Positions 38,301-52,800 are shown, counted from the whole stretch's first letter. The stretch is DNA of 60,193 nt, filler included, from Sphacelaria rigidula (GCA_964200075.2; 3 parts of 3 records of this genome joined end to end with filler, not necessarily neighbours in it); one strand, 5' to 3'. The notes: a model not told the origin generated them from the letters alone. Numbers and translations: made by a program.

Positions 38301-39180
38301 CCAATAACGATACCATTTTTGAAATCCTTGGCGTTTTTCTAGTTGAAACACGCCGCTTTTAGCTTTGATCACACGGCCTCCTGCACGGGCCAGAGGCTAC
38401 CAAAAAACAGTCGGCCCCAAAAAGTCGGTTTTCGTCCCGTTTTCCGGAGAAACTGGAAAAGTGGAAATTCGGAAAAGACGGCCAAAAATGCAAAAAAAAA
38501 CATGCAAAATTGGCATTTCGTTCTCGCTTCCTTGTTGATCGACGATGCCCACGCATCGTCTGAAAGCATGCCTACAGTTGTCGGCAAGGCAACACGTGGA
38601 AATAAGCAAAACTCATCAAAATTCGGCCGAATATAGTACAAATCGGTCGAAATCGGCCTAAATGTGGTCAACTTTGACCCGCACATTCTCGACAATGCCA
38701 ACTAGAGTTTTTTTCCTTTTTGTCTTGAGCATCTCCGTGACTGTATCTTTTCAAAGAACCTAACTATCGCATTGCACACCATTCCGTTCAAACGATATGA
38801 TCTGTGCCCCATAACGCACTTTACTCATGTGTTGAGAAAGTATCAGTGAAAGTGAGCTTAGATATATGCGTGGTTTTGCGTCGACACGGCAACTCGGGGA
38901 GGGGAGCAGCGTGCCAAGCAATATGCGCTTGATCAAAGGAGCTCATGAGACGTGTTCACCCCACATGACTTGCAAAGCTCTGACAACATTTCCAGTAGAC
39001 ATCCTCTTGGTCTCATGACTACATCCTTACCGCGTGGGAGATCTGACGCTTCGGAAAGCGGTGCCTTTTTTCAGTCATCTGCCCAAATGAGTGACTACCT
39101 CCACGCAAAACTCTTCGCTTCTGTTCTGCGAATCTTTTGAGGGGCACCGGAAGTTAAACACATTCCGCAGGGGCACGGAC

Positions 39181-39785
39181 TGTTGGAATAATTCGTGGTC
39201 GTGGCACTGTCCTTACGACAGGCCAACTACTGTTCAGCGAACAGTAGTATGCAGAGGTTGCACCGTGGTTGATTAGACCACTTGCTTCCGCAGCTTCAGA
39301 GTAAAATCAGTGAGACGAATGGTTGATTGGGCGCTTATTTGGCCAACAAAAGCAGAACTCGCAGTTTCCTCTCAAAGCGGAGAACTGATGGTAGTAAAGG
39401 AGAGTGACCTTGGAGGGCGATGGAAACCACCAGCTCCGTCCCTCAATCCTTGGAACCCAAAAACAAAGCTTCTACACGTACGTAGACGAAAACGCTTCCG
39501 TGACACTTGCGCGGCAGGTCACCAGCTCACAGGCTTGGATTCTGATTCAAGCTACGGCACTCACAAACAATGGCAGTACACTATCGTATCCTACAATCTT
39601 ACATGGCGATACCAGCAAGATATCTAACTCAAGGATCTATATAAAAGAGGTACTCGTACCCGGAATCTCGGGTTAGATTTGTGCTATTATCCGACTACCC
39701 GAACCGTAACTAGTTGTCCCGCTAATTTGCTACCAGAGTAAAAACTCACACAATGCAAGCAGCCAGGCTGTGCATGTTTCCAACA
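39181..39785. mobile_element. LTR-like repeat copy 2 (605 bp, uninterrupted; probable solo LTR)
   Basis: TGTTGGAA...TTCCAACA perfect terminal inverted 8-mer; homologous to 31942-32991. Confidence 0.65.
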
Positions 39786-39981
39786 GCATCAACGCCGACT
39801 GGTCCGAGACGTGGTACCTCGACGAACTTCTTCCTCCAGTCAAGCTCAAGATGCTGTGGATATGTTCGAAGCATGTGCTGCATACATCAGAGTATATTCT
39901 CACTCTTGTACTCGTTTTACAGGAATTTGTAAGAATATCATTTGGTGTGTGGGCTACGTTTCTCTATGTCATAGAACAAGC

Positions 39982-40075
39982 CTGTCGCCTCGGTGGCTCA
40001 GTTGGTATCCTCGAAACCTCCTGACGACGGTTGGGTCTTGGGTTCGAAACTCGAGGCAATCTGTTTTTTTTTTCT
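39982..40075 (+). mobile_element. tRNA-derived SINE head (truncated)
   Basis: A-box GTGGCTCAGTTGG and B-box GGTTCGAAAC; matches the head of the element at 59368. Confidence 0.6.
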
Positions 40076-40116
40076 CAAACAGTGTCTAAAAGTGGAGAGC
40101 AATTATGTCGTGGGAA

Positions 40117-40216
40117 NNNNNNNNNNNNNNNNNNNNNNNNNNNNNNNNNNNNNNNNNNNNTTAATTAATTAANNNNNNNNNNNNNNNNNNNNNNNNNNNN
40201 NNNNNNNNNNNNNNNN
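40117..40216. other. Artificial contig linker N44-TTAATTAATTAA-N44
   Basis: Identical structure to 20012-20111. Confidence 0.97.
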
Positions 40217-40723
40217 ATTTTAATCCTCCGGGTTCTCATCCTCAATGGAAAGCACCATCCTCAACATAGATGATCGGCTGTTTGAACCAGCCAGAAAATG
40301 ATAGCCGGGATATTGAGAAAAGGGTCACTGCCCTCTACCGTGGGTATTATGATCCGGAGTCGAGACAGATGGGGACACTTGAACGCGTAACATGAGCAGT
40401 GTACGGACTCTTCTCCACCCTACTAGCATGTACGCTGAACCGTAAAAGGCCAAAATGCTTGGCAACAGTTGATGGTAAATTTGCGCGAGGACAAATAAAT
40501 CTATAAAATAACTGCAAACAAGTGAGGAAGACAAGCGTGTAAAACAAAACAAGTGGGTGGAACATAGTAACGATTAAATATGTAATACTGATTGTACTAG
40601 AGGGAAATGAAGCGGTGTGAATTGTGAGTTGATTTACGACTTCAATCGAAGCTACGATATGCATCCGCGTTTGGTTTATCTATATTAAATTCCGAAACAG
40701 AGGTTATTGCATAGACCACAAAC

Positions 40724-40856
40724 CAATCTCGATGGCGGGTGTCTGGGCCAGCTCTTGCCAAAACTCGGACGATTCCGAGAGTGTCCCAACTGACCCCAGC
40801 GCAGAAACTTCGAAGGTGTTGTTTACACCCCCCACGTCGACGTAATCTTGATACAC
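40724..40856 (-). CDS. Repeat gene exon t: VYQDYVDVGGVNNTFEVSA...QTPAIEI
   Basis: TCTCAG acceptor, G|GTTTGT donor, 133 nt, phase 0-1. The next exon was not found before the contig end. Confidence 0.75.
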
Positions 40857-43800
40857 CTGAGAATACAGTATTTCACGAAGAATTTGATACACGGTGACTA
40901 TGAAAGAAAAAGTTTCGTAGATAGAGAGCCGCTTGATCAATAAGCGTTCAGTGCTAAACGAGATTCCGAAGCACCCTATTGCCGCATCCGAAAAACCTAC
41001 TCTTGCGCCACAATGACCTCGCAAGCCCCGGCGGATCGTTGGATGTGCTCAGCAAAAGAAGGAAAGTGTGCGCAAGGAGAACCTTCACATTGAGAGCGGA
41101 AATAAGCCTACTTGTAGCATCACGCTCAAATAATGGGCAAACTTTGATGGTATTTCCTTTGTGGTGCATGTGGGTAGCGTACCACGGCTGCCGCAGAGCA
41201 GATCACACTTTCCCCTACGGCGAGCTCAGCCAGCGGCAGCTCCGGATCGCAAGCCAACTCGGCAGCTATGTAACCACTGCGAAATTGGTGCGGAGCAGAC
41301 GAGGAATCATCATCGGGTATTTCACCTTACGGGTGGGTTCTTGCATATCCTTATTATTTCGGGGCAGATGAGAATCTTATCGAGATAGAATCTCCCATAG
41401 GAAGGGCAGCAACGTAAGTGTTAAACACAACTTCGAGCGAATTTCACAGAGCGAATTCCCGCATTTCCCGCGTCTCTTTTGAAGTCGAAGGTTCTCGTAT
41501 CTATGGATGGAGATCGTAGAAATGAAGTGGAGCTTGAATAAAACAGCCGACTACTCAACGCGAACAAACCTTCCAGCTTGAGCGTCCAGTAGTGAGCTCG
41601 AGACGTCAAGAGCAAAGACTGTCGTGGTGCCTGCGTTAGCAATTTTAACAGCGTATTCGATTAGATCCCCAGCGGATGCTCCAGTTTCTTCGTCCGAGTC
41701 CTCCAGCGTCGCGTTGACCATGACAGATAGAGATTGTCTAGTCGCCAGCGTCACTGTTGCGTGTGCTGTATTACTTTCGGCTGCCCCCAGTGGAGGAGTT
41801 CCAGTTACCCTGACAGATCAGAACAAAAATGAGCAGGGGGACATCATTGGGGCACACAGCACACGGAATACTTGCATGGAGAGATTATTGCTGTACGTTT
41901 TTATTTCAGTCACGCATTAGCCGATTCTTCATACATGTGCTCGCAGTAGGGTGAACGCATATGAGGAAATGCAACATGAAACACGGCAGTGCCAGACGAA
42001 ACAAGCAAGCCACGGACCTGACCGTCATCTGCAAACTCCACGATTAGCGGGACGACCCGTGGAGATCACCTGGAAGTGTTGCATCTATTGGAAGCTAACG
42101 ACATGATGTCACTCGTGAGGGGGCTGATGCAGTTCGGAAGGTTGTGGGAACGACTGTAACGTAAGGCAACGAACGCCGAAGCGAACGCGAGACGGCAGAC
42201 CGCGAATCGAGCGAAGGGAAACACAGCTCTCGGACGGTGTACCGGCGACACGTCGTACAAACGCAGCGATTGGGCCAGCGCGGTAGACCGACAACACCTC
42301 CCTGCTGGGGGAACCTGAACTATGGGGTCAGACAGTGCAAGGTTGAAGCAGACGGTCGCCCACTTGGTTGTACTACTAGTACTGCCCCCGCCCCACCACC
42401 GCCCGACTGGTGATTGTTGTGTCAGGGAAACCAGACTCAAGCAGCAGGATTACGACGCGTGCGCAAAGGAGGGTAATATGTCCTGCAGGCTAGCCTGTAG
42501 GTTGTGTCGGACGTTGATGCAACCTCTAAACCGGCCACGGAGGGGGCTATGTCAGCAGTGATGGGCTACAAGCGCGATCCTGCGGCTGCGGAATTTTACC
42601 CAATCATGAACGCCACGCTCAATCGCACAGCTACGGAGATTACTCACACTTTGGACGCCGTTGCGGGAGTCATAGAAGTAGGGATGAAGCACGGGTGCGT
42701 TAACACTAGATGCGACGGATTTGAGCTAGCCGCTGGGGCGGGTTGAGGTGCCTGCACCCCCCGTTGGACCGGACTGCAAGAATATCTTTAACAAAATCGA
42801 AAATTCCAAGGAGGAGGTCCAAACGAAAAAATACAATCATTAGCACGAAATATTGGTAGGGGGCCGCGACTGGCGGAGGGGATGGAACAAAAGGTAAGGG
42901 GTGTAGCAAGAGCCATGTCCGGCACCGGAGATCTCACGGCGGCAACATGCAACGTTCGTACACTATCCTTCGCGAGATGAAACGAGGATGGTGGTACTGA
43001 CGTGCATTATTGGGTAGTACTCGGCTTGCAGGCCAGGCAGAATCGAGTCCGTGGGCGGACTGGACAACATGGCGTCGGGCTAGTGGTCTGGGAGTCGATT
43101 ATTAGCTTTGTGGACAATGGCGTGCATCAACGAGCAGCCATGCCGATGATCTTGAACCTGGCAGGCAAGTCGAGCGTTGCCACGCTTTTTGTCGCCCATG
43201 CTTTCTCAGATTTGACCAAGTTCACAGAATAGTGGAACATGTTCTGGACTGAGTTGGGCAACACTGATCGCCGAACTTCCAATAAGGATCACTTGCTGCC
43301 TTCGATAGGCACTAACGCTAGGACTGGGGACGAGAAAGAGCCAACCGTCAAATAGTAGGGGCATATGGAAGGTATCCGAACGTCCGAGCCAGATACAGCA
43401 ATGCGGCCCCATTATCGCGAATAAGAGTTGACCACAGGCTTGCTTTGGTCTGAAAATGCGTTTTACTCCCAACGGACGTAAATCGTGTAAAGTTTGTGGT
43501 ATTGCGAGCCGTCCCGGGGGCAACAAACACTCTGACGACGTCATCGCACGGTGAGCTCATCGCCGACTTGTTCGAAACATCACTGTACACCTATAATCGC
43601 TCATCTCGCCGAATCGAGACCTCGGCATCGTATGCGCAGTGCAACTTCTTGGTAGACTCGCACGCAACAGACAACAGGATCTCCCACTGGGCACAACCCC
43701 ACGAGTTCGCGAGCAAAAGCGTCTGACATCGACAGACGTGGACACCTGATGAAGCTTATCGTGAGCGAGTCAATGCAGGGCAAGCCCTGAGTTACCGTGT

Positions 43801-46800
43801 GTCAGTTGACTACGAATTTCTTCAACACACGCGTGAGGTCTTGCGAGCAAGAGAGTCCATATCTGGACCCACAGCCCCATGCGCAAGGGTATTTCGAAGC
43901 CGCTGCGAGCGAGCCGAGTTCGAAGGTGCCTGGGACGAGCCGGAGGGGGCGAGGATAGCAATGCGTGTGGGGTCGAGGTATTGTCTCGCACGGCAGACAT
44001 TGCGAAAGGTGGGCAGGAGGTCCAAGGGGGCGATCGAAGCTGGCTAAGCCTTCCTGTATGCGCTCGATTCAATCGTAGCCGAAAAGCTTACAATACTGTC
44101 CAAGGTAATGACACAAGGAGATCCACCAATCCTGGACAAAGCGGAAGAACCACCGCAAATTATGGCTAATAACCACGCGGTGAGGCCGGAAGGGCAACTT
44201 GCCGAAGTCGTCCCGCTCGAATTGCTGGAGATAAATCCGAAGACCACGTGTTACTTCCATGGTATCATCGTTGCTGAGTGGGCTTCTGGCGAGATCTCGT
44301 AGGCATTGGAGGACGCCATTCTCAAAGTGTCACACAACAGGAAGAACGAGACAGAGTGTGATAGCGATAGGAACTCCCCTCTTAGCACATACTGGTCAAG
44401 TGCTTCTCGCGATCGTAGTCAACAGGCTTGGCGTTTCTGCGAAGAGACGAGGATCGTCCCGGATAACGATGCGAATTTCAGAATCATCGAGCGAATATTG
44501 ACATTGCGCTTGTCGTACGCAGGCTGCAGGAGCTAGAGTGAGCGAGCAATACACCATCGGTCATGAGCTTTATCGATCTGCGGAAGTCGTGCGACCCCGT
44601 CCATGGCACGCTCTGGTGAGAAGTACGTGCCCATTTTGGGGTTCCCCCCCAAGATGATCACGGCCAATATGCTCGACTATGGCATGCGTGCTCGGTATGG
44701 CTGAATGATGGCCAGCTATCACAGTGGCTTCACGTCTGGCAGTGTCTCCGGTAGGGGGTGAGTTCTGTCCCTTATGCTGCTCAGAGTCTTCCCCTCTCCG
44801 CGATAGCGGTTTATGGGCGTTGTAAACACTTGGTGGCAGACCTGACTATCGCTTTATGCTTGACATACGTAGGTGACGCGCCAAAGAATGAGGATGAGAA
44901 TGTTTGTGGAGATAACTATATCATCCTTACGAGAAGCGTTTGTAGGGGACTCGTGTGAAAGCGTTTACTCGTTTTTTTGGTGCTGTGAATGCAAAATGTA
45001 TAACTGCAGGGGAAACATTGTGCAGATGTTCGTTGCACACGGGGAAGCACTTCGGGTCTTGTCTGGGTCTTCGTGATCCTGTCTGATGACATTTTCTGGG
45101 ATGTGTATGGCATGTCACGGCATGCTCCAGACACGGCATGCTCTGGCTATCACTCGCACTGCTTAGACTCAGAATGATGGTATTCTCTATTCATCTCTGA
45201 TTCGCCATCAGTCGTGGCCAAATACGACTGGGTATCTCAGCCATCTTCACCTAACCTATACTAGTGACTACGAATAAAAACTAGGAATAGCGAGATGCTG
45301 CGGGAAACGGTGCGATAAGCAGTGTCAGGAACCATTCATGCCAGTGACGCAGGCGAGATCTGGAGATCTCGAGGCAGGATCGCTACTATCGAAGGATGGT
45401 TCTGGAAGTAGCAACTAACGGAATCGGAGCAGAGGGCAGAGGCCGTGGATCTTTAATCAGTACATAGCGAATAGTGCAGTCCCCAGATAGCTGAGTCGCA
45501 GTCTGCTCCTACGACCTTATTATTCGTACGCCTCCCTTACCCTAACGGTGAAGCTCTAGCAAAAGCTTGCCAGGGAATTTCCTAGGATCGTTGCTACTTC
45601 TTAGTCTGACGTCCCTGTTGTCTTCATGTTTTTCCCTTTTTCGTTCTTCGCTCTTCTGTTTTGCTCAACTTCTGAAATTGTCCCCAGCGAGTGCTTCGGT
45701 CGATGAACTTTGGGTATCTCTAACTTGCGACTACGGTTGGATTTGCAGCAGTCAATCTACGGTAGTCGATTATTCGATGCATCTGCTAATGCCATAATAA
45801 AACATAACTCTCCGTGAGGAGTCATAAATACACCTGCACGCATCGAAAAAGAAGTGCACACGGGGTGATGCTACGGTATGGGTTGCACTTTTTCAGCGGA
45901 GAGGTTTTCCGGGGCTGCTCCGGGTATTGGACACGTCATTCTGTGAATCGGCATCCTTTCTCTTGAAGAAGACCAAAAATTATACCGACTCACGAAAAGG
46001 TTCCTGCGTACAAATATCATGTTTCTGGGAGTCCGGCTCCCGGAGATTTGGGTTGCACAGCAAGCCGCATATGCTTGTGTTCCTACAGGGAAGGAGAGCC
46101 CCAAAAAACGACGTGCAACCTCTACCAGAGCATTGCTGCACGAATAAATACTCATCATCAGTAGTGAAAGGTAGGCCACAAATAGTGTGACCAGGTCGAA
46201 AATGCTGGCGCGTTCACTGGTACCCTTGCTTCCACCACACGTTTACTAAATGGTGTGATATATGTATATGTGCTTCCGCACCTGACAGTGTTCTTCACGT
46301 GCCCAGCATCGATGTCACCCTGCGTGATCGTGTACTCCGGAAAGCACGAAACTTTAGCACCCACTAACCAGGGATCAGAAATGGCCGGAGAGCACTCCAT
46401 GGTGTAGATTCCTGGAGAGATTGTTCGGCCACATAGTTAGCACCGCAATGAGCAAGTCCCACAAGGGAGAGGACGGTTGTCAGTCAGACTTGAATGAATA
46501 TGTGTCTACAGGACCGACGGCATCCTACGGTGCACAGGTAGACACTTGACACCCTCAGAGAACGTTTTAAGGTAGAGACCCCGTGGCGGCCCTCTACAAG
46601 GCATAGAGCCCTCTCACGACCCTGCGGCGACTCTTTATGTATATAATCCTTGAATGACTCCATATAATGTGCCGTCTTTATGTAACCTGTGGCAGAAAAA
46701 TGTACACCTGTGTGCGAGGTACGCCAATCTTTGCAACGATGACAATACTGCCAACAGCCGGCAAAGGTCTGATGTAATATTGACCGCTAGCTTGTGTGCA

Positions 46801-49800
46801 AGAGTTCCCTCCATCTTTACAAGTGATAAACGATCATCACGGGCGCTTTGAAACCATCGTCGAAGAAATCACATATATCGCTACCCCCCTGCGGAGCGTG
46901 CACCTTCACCTAGTGTGGCTTTACGCTTTGACTTCGAAGCACTGGCAGATCTTCACTGCGGCAGCATTTAGCGGGGCATGGAAATCAATTGATCGATAGA
47001 CTGATCGATTGTCGCACTATAACTGCCCCCCAGGGATCCGGCCGTGGTCACATGACAGACGTACCCAAGACAGAACAGAACTGAAACACGCGATGCAGAT
47101 AAGAAAACAAAACAGAAAATGTACAACAGAATAACATAGACTACTTCTCCGTACCCCAAAGTACAAAATATAGCTGGTCGACACACCGGAATCAATGAAA
47201 TGAACTGGAGTATGACCAATTATACTGTAGGAATCCTTGTCAATGGGCCTGTTTGAATGGTAGAGCATAACCAAATCGTATATTCGAGGTATATTTTTGC
47301 CCTCAGCGACTAGAACTAATGTTTCGTTTGACACCAGTGCGTCCGTTTCTCCACAAATTCGTGATGAAAGCTAGTCGAACAAGACACCAAATAGAGCTCA
47401 CATTGATGGACGTGCTTCATTGTATTAACATTGTGCCAAAACGTCAAAGTTTCCCTATCGATGAGATAAAGCTGATCATTATAAATAACTTCCTCGATCA
47501 CATATATCTAGGTGAGCTAGATAAACCTAACTTGACCGTTCAAATGGAGACGATAGTACTACTGAAACGAGCTACAAAATAACTAGACGTGGTCGAGTTT
47601 TCACGTGTAACTTGGCCATGTGTTGCTTGTTATTGCATCGCGCCTAAAAACACAATTTGTGCGTTTCGTGAAACCCTACGAGACGCTAACGATGCCAACG
47701 GCATAGGTGGCATTGTTGAAAAGTGTAGGACTGCAACCATCCAGCGGTACCCGACTTGTGTTTCACCTATACACGCTGCATTTGTGTCGGATAAATCAAG
47801 ACAAGCATCCCAGAACCAGGTTCTTTGAGCTGGCACGCTGATTTCGCCTGACAACCCGGTCCGGTGGAAAAGGCGTAAAATGGTTGCTTCGAACCCCTGC
47901 CGCTACGAAAACGTTTCAATTGGAAAATTGGAAACTAGCTCCTGAGGAGTGACATCATAGAAAGCATCTTGAGACCGACTACGTTTTTAGGTTGTAACTT
48001 TTGAGGCGTTTCGCTCTCAACCGTGTGGCTTACATGCACCATCGCTTGCTGCAAACGTTATGCCACCAACGAGGTAACACGTGCCTTTCCATTGAACCCC
48101 TTAGAATTTGCTCCGAAACAGCATCAAATACTTCATGATGTAGAAATATGGTGAGTAAATGACATCATTTGATGCCAGAGCTCTATACTCGTCCGTCTAC
48201 TCCCCACCTTCAATCTGTGCTGTGTTTTGTTCCGTGAGCCTCAACATGGGGTGACATCAAAGTAGCGAAAGGTTCTACTAAAAACATGGAATATACGGCA
48301 GGCAGTAACATTGCGAACGACAAGGCATAATTCGGCATCAGAGCAATGCTCTTGTTGCATATTTCGAGTACGTAAATTGTATGTTACTGCGTGGACCTCT
48401 AAAGTGGGAAAGAAACTGGAGGGCATCCGCTATTTTCGGTGAAGACTCCGACCCTTTCGTAAATCAGGTCGACATGACCTCCCTTCATCTTGATTTCGTT
48501 TTGTTGAAACTTTTCATCTTGCTCAGCCGTCATTATCCAATAAATAATATGCCTCAAACGTTTTTGAAAATAAAACGAACAAATCGCGGATGTCACCCAA
48601 TGGATAATACGACTCTTTGATGGATGACGCGAGATTTTTGTTTCGCCATCCCTTCTCGTTTTTCCATTGATTTCACTCTTTTCTCCAGGCTATTTTACAC
48701 CCAGGTCGTTGGATGGCTCTTATTGACAAAGCATAGACAGGATATACGTATTTTGTATCTTGAAGGTCTGTAAAAAAACACGTGAACGTCGACGAATCAC
48801 ACTGGGAGTGGATGTTGCTACGGCACGTGACCTACCGTCGGTGTTCTTGAACATCTCGTCGGTCACATTCACGCCGAGAAAGTCCACGTTTCCGGCGTTC
48901 TCAATCATGATCTCGTACTGGATTGCTTCGTTCACGGCCGCCAAGCCATTACTCTCATCTTTCGGTATGTGAGACGCCGTCTTGAAAACGCTTATCTCGG
49001 GGTGCTGAGATATCCCACGAAGGTTGTGGTTCGGCGGGAAAATAGACGGGTGAAAAACCTTACGGTTCGGGTCGAAAATGAGGGAAGATGGGTATCGATA
49101 CAGCCCTGCCTATTTTCCCTCCACACAACAATGCGCGTGTCTGTGCAACACTAAAAACTAGTACGTTTAAAGGAGCACGTCAGAACAATCGGCGTGTGTT
49201 TTCCCTTATGCATGCAGCACTGCGAAGAGACGGTTGAAGACGCTGCATGAAACTACTCCTGTGTAGGTTTGGTGCGACACATGCTTGTTCAGCAGCTATT
49301 TCGTGACTGTGAACAGGGTTTCTCTCTGTTTATCCCTAGTCCTTTCGTGATGCACTTGGTCCGTGTCCACAGAGCAGCGGATTCGTCGATCATGTTTATC
49401 ATAGTCAATTCCGCGGCAGTAAACACGGCAATCATTCAAGCCATGAACATGATGTAGTAACAAGTGCTGGCACTTGAAGGGGCGTGTAGATTCCCAGATG
49501 GCCATCCGATGTCTTCCTGCTTCACCTTGATCACAAACTACCATGGTGACCGGGCTACATAGGCTCACAGCAAAGGTATCAACCTTCGTTTTGGGGGGCA
49601 GCAACTTGAAAATGCATGACTTATCAAATTGTGTTAACAAGATATGTAAATGCTTGTCAATGTTAGAAAACAATACGCATCAACAACGTGTGCAAATCAG
49701 CCGCTCTCACCTGTACCAGATGGAGTGTTGAAGAAGAATTTGCTGATACCACACTCTTCAGCGAACCGTCGCTGCTCGCGTGCCATGCCTCAACTCCGGG

Positions 49801-52800
49801 TGTGCTTTTCTTCACTGCAGCGTTGATCTGCGCAGCATACAGACCATGTCAGAAGTCATTGTTGTGCCCCGATGTATGTCACTAAGATAGAACATGCAGT
49901 GAGTGAAAACGTATTGTACAATGTTTATCATGAACAAGCAGATAGCTACTGCCAAGAATAAAGCAAAGATAACGCCGACGAAAACTGCGACTATAAAAGG
50001 GCCGAAATTTCATCATACATCACGAACAAGAGGGCGAGGGTGGACGTGATCATTTTTTCCGGAACAACCATCACTGACCGCTCCAGTTCCGCATAACCTC
50101 ACAGTGAGCGACATAACTAATGACCTTAATCTTGACATTTGAGTGGAAGAAAGGCCGACCGTATTTCGTGTGTCTGCCCTCCCAGATGTATTTTCATGAA
50201 CTTGAGTACCAAGCCGATTCGATCTTGCACATGAGTTGAAATGTTCGACTGGGTAAAAGCGACCGAGTACTTGAACGTAAAGTACCTTTCCCCGAACATG
50301 CGAACTGAAACCTCGATGCGTGGTGAAGTAGATCAGAAACACGGCCCCATTTTTCTTCGCTTTTTTGAGACCTTGAAACACGGGTGTACTTGATCCCAGT
50401 GCTAATCAGAGAGATGGCCCGAGTGGATGGATGCAATGTGCGGTATGCTACTTTGGTATTTGAGTTCACGAGCGGTCTTTGCGTTGGGTCCCATTTACCT
50501 TGATCTGGAGTGACACGAGCATGAACCATACGTCGTCTCGACAAGCTGTGTTTTTCCTGATAAAAAATCAAATTCAACCGATTCAAATCTCCGCTGTTGT
50601 GTGACCTCGGCCGTAGTAACCCGTAAATACTCCACCTCGTCTTGAAACACCGCGTCCGTCCCGTTGCATGTCATCCAAGTTCCCGGAGCGAGACCATCAT
50701 CAGGATATGCAGCGAGATCTGTCACCACGCCTGCATCAACGCTCGGCACCGTCTCTCCACCCGTACTATAGCAGTTGATGGACGCTCCGTTGGCGGCGAG
50801 CATGCTATCCGTGAGAGTAATATTGAACAAAGTCAGCAGGCCCTTGTTTACAATGGTGTAAGTATAGTTCACCGTGTCCGTTGTGGCAGCAGCCGTCCCT
50901 GCGCCTTCCTTGGCGTACGCTCGAGTCAGGTCCAGGCGAATGGAACCGACCTGACCAAATTGAGGTTACAGCAGTTTTATATTCATTCTTTTTTCAGTTA
51001 TATTATGTCTCGTATGGCCACGACCGGAGTCCTAGGGGATCCGTTGAAGTGTGACAATCAACCAAATAACCAACCAACCAAACAATCTATCAAAGAGTCA
51101 ACCAATCAGTCGATCAAAAAAATGCCAAAGGCGGAGGAATCTGTTGGTACGTTGCAGGAGGGAGTGCGAACGACAGAAAACCGTTGAATCAATACTGGTG
51201 CTACTAATTGATAGAATGATCGGTCGCTCGACAGTTTCATATATTGCACGACACTTTCGACGATAGCCCCCCCCAAAAACCAGCCCAGAAGTGTCACGAA
51301 AAAAATGGCCATATAGCGCCTGATGTTTGGGTTCAGGCTGCATGAAGCGCGTCATATTGGCAACGTTGACGAGAACGAACCCAAGCGTGGGAATTCCCAG
51401 CTGCTCGATGTGCTCGGCTTTTCCCATTTCGATTTCCGTGAAGCTTTTGCCTCCCAAAACCATGCACTTTCTTGGGGGGGCTATCGTAGAAAGTGTCGCA
51501 CATGGACTGGTCCCCTACGGATCCAACCATGGTCACACCATAGACGTGCGCAAGGTACGACGCACGGAGCTTCTTGCGGCCGAAAAGTCGAGAAAGTGGG
51601 CAAACACGGATAATAATGGGGGTAGGAGGATGTACAGAGCTTCTACTGACACAGGTGCTAGGTTGAGGGATACTTCCGGTCCTGAGAAATACCCTGAAAG
51701 CCTGTTCAGTGGGGGCAGGAAAGGAGGCCGCACAAGCTGCAAGACCGTGGAAGCAGGTTACGAGATAGCTATCTGGATACTGTATTTTCAGGGACGGCAG
51801 TCTCCGCTCCTAACTCTGCAAGAAGAAACAAAGAGCAGCTCGTCAGACGCAGAAAAACAAGTATTGTGGGAGGAACAAAAAAAGAGAAATCCAGAAGTAT
51901 AGCAGAACATGAACAAGAAACACAAAGTAAGGAACATCGCAAGAGCTACACGTCGAGGAGAGGACGTAGCCATCGATGGGGTAGGGCAGGGGTATCAGTT
52001 AGTGGTAGTGCCCCCTCTCCTTTCCATTATTAGTCAGGACATCTGTTCGAGGGTTTGACCTATATACCACCAATTTGTGCGCAGTTGCCTTACGCATTGC
52101 CAGACCCAAAGTCGAGTGTAAGAAAAGCAATGAAATGATGTCCAGCAACGCGACTACCTTTGCACCGTTGAAGGTGAATGCATTGATAAACGTCCAAAGA
52201 CCCTCCAAAAAATCGAAACCCAAATATTACTGCGAATCTGCAGCATTAAAACCGCGCAGTTTGCTCTACCGACCTGTTTGAGCACGACGGTCGTTGTTTT
52301 CTGTGTCGCTACTTCGAAGGAGTGTCCATCCACTGCCACGAGTGTGGTCAAGCTTTCTCGCTGAAGATTTTCCACGTCGCTTACTACCAGCAGGTAGGCT
52401 CCATTGCACGTGATAGTCGCGTCAACTCTCAAGACCTCCGTGAAGATAACCGCGGAGCCAATATATTCCAATTCCGTGTTGCACTCGATCGTTGACAACC
52501 CGCCCACTGCGTTTTCAACATGACGGGAGAAGAGGAAATGGGAATTGTTCCGCTTTTGCTTCGCAGAATTCGCATATAGCGTGTTTACCTCTGGAATTAC
52601 AGGGCGAAAATCCATTTGTGACCGATGTTGAATCCAGACGTGGCAATTTTTTCCAGATGAAACGGTCAATATCGGATCTGCTCTGTACAGTGTGGGATTC
52701 AGCAGATCCAGGCAGTATCCAACGTTTGCGGAATATCATATCCGCAACGAAAAACATGCAGTCGCACCTGACACCAACACAGAGTTGCTGATACTGACGT

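Noticed and set aside
35665..38700. Short ORFs as possible gag, Copia integrase or DNA-transposon ends
   Set aside because: No motif set strong enough to assign.
31942..39785. One full LTR retrotransposon bounded by the two LTR-like copies with the 34-35 kb integrase inside
   Set aside because: No shared TSD, no PBS or PPT next to the copies, and the copies are strongly diverged.
40347..40420. Candidate terminal exon VEKSPYTAHV...DSGS* for the repeat gene
   Set aside because: The acceptor phase does not match the phase-1 donor at 40724, and the peptide lacks repeat motifs.
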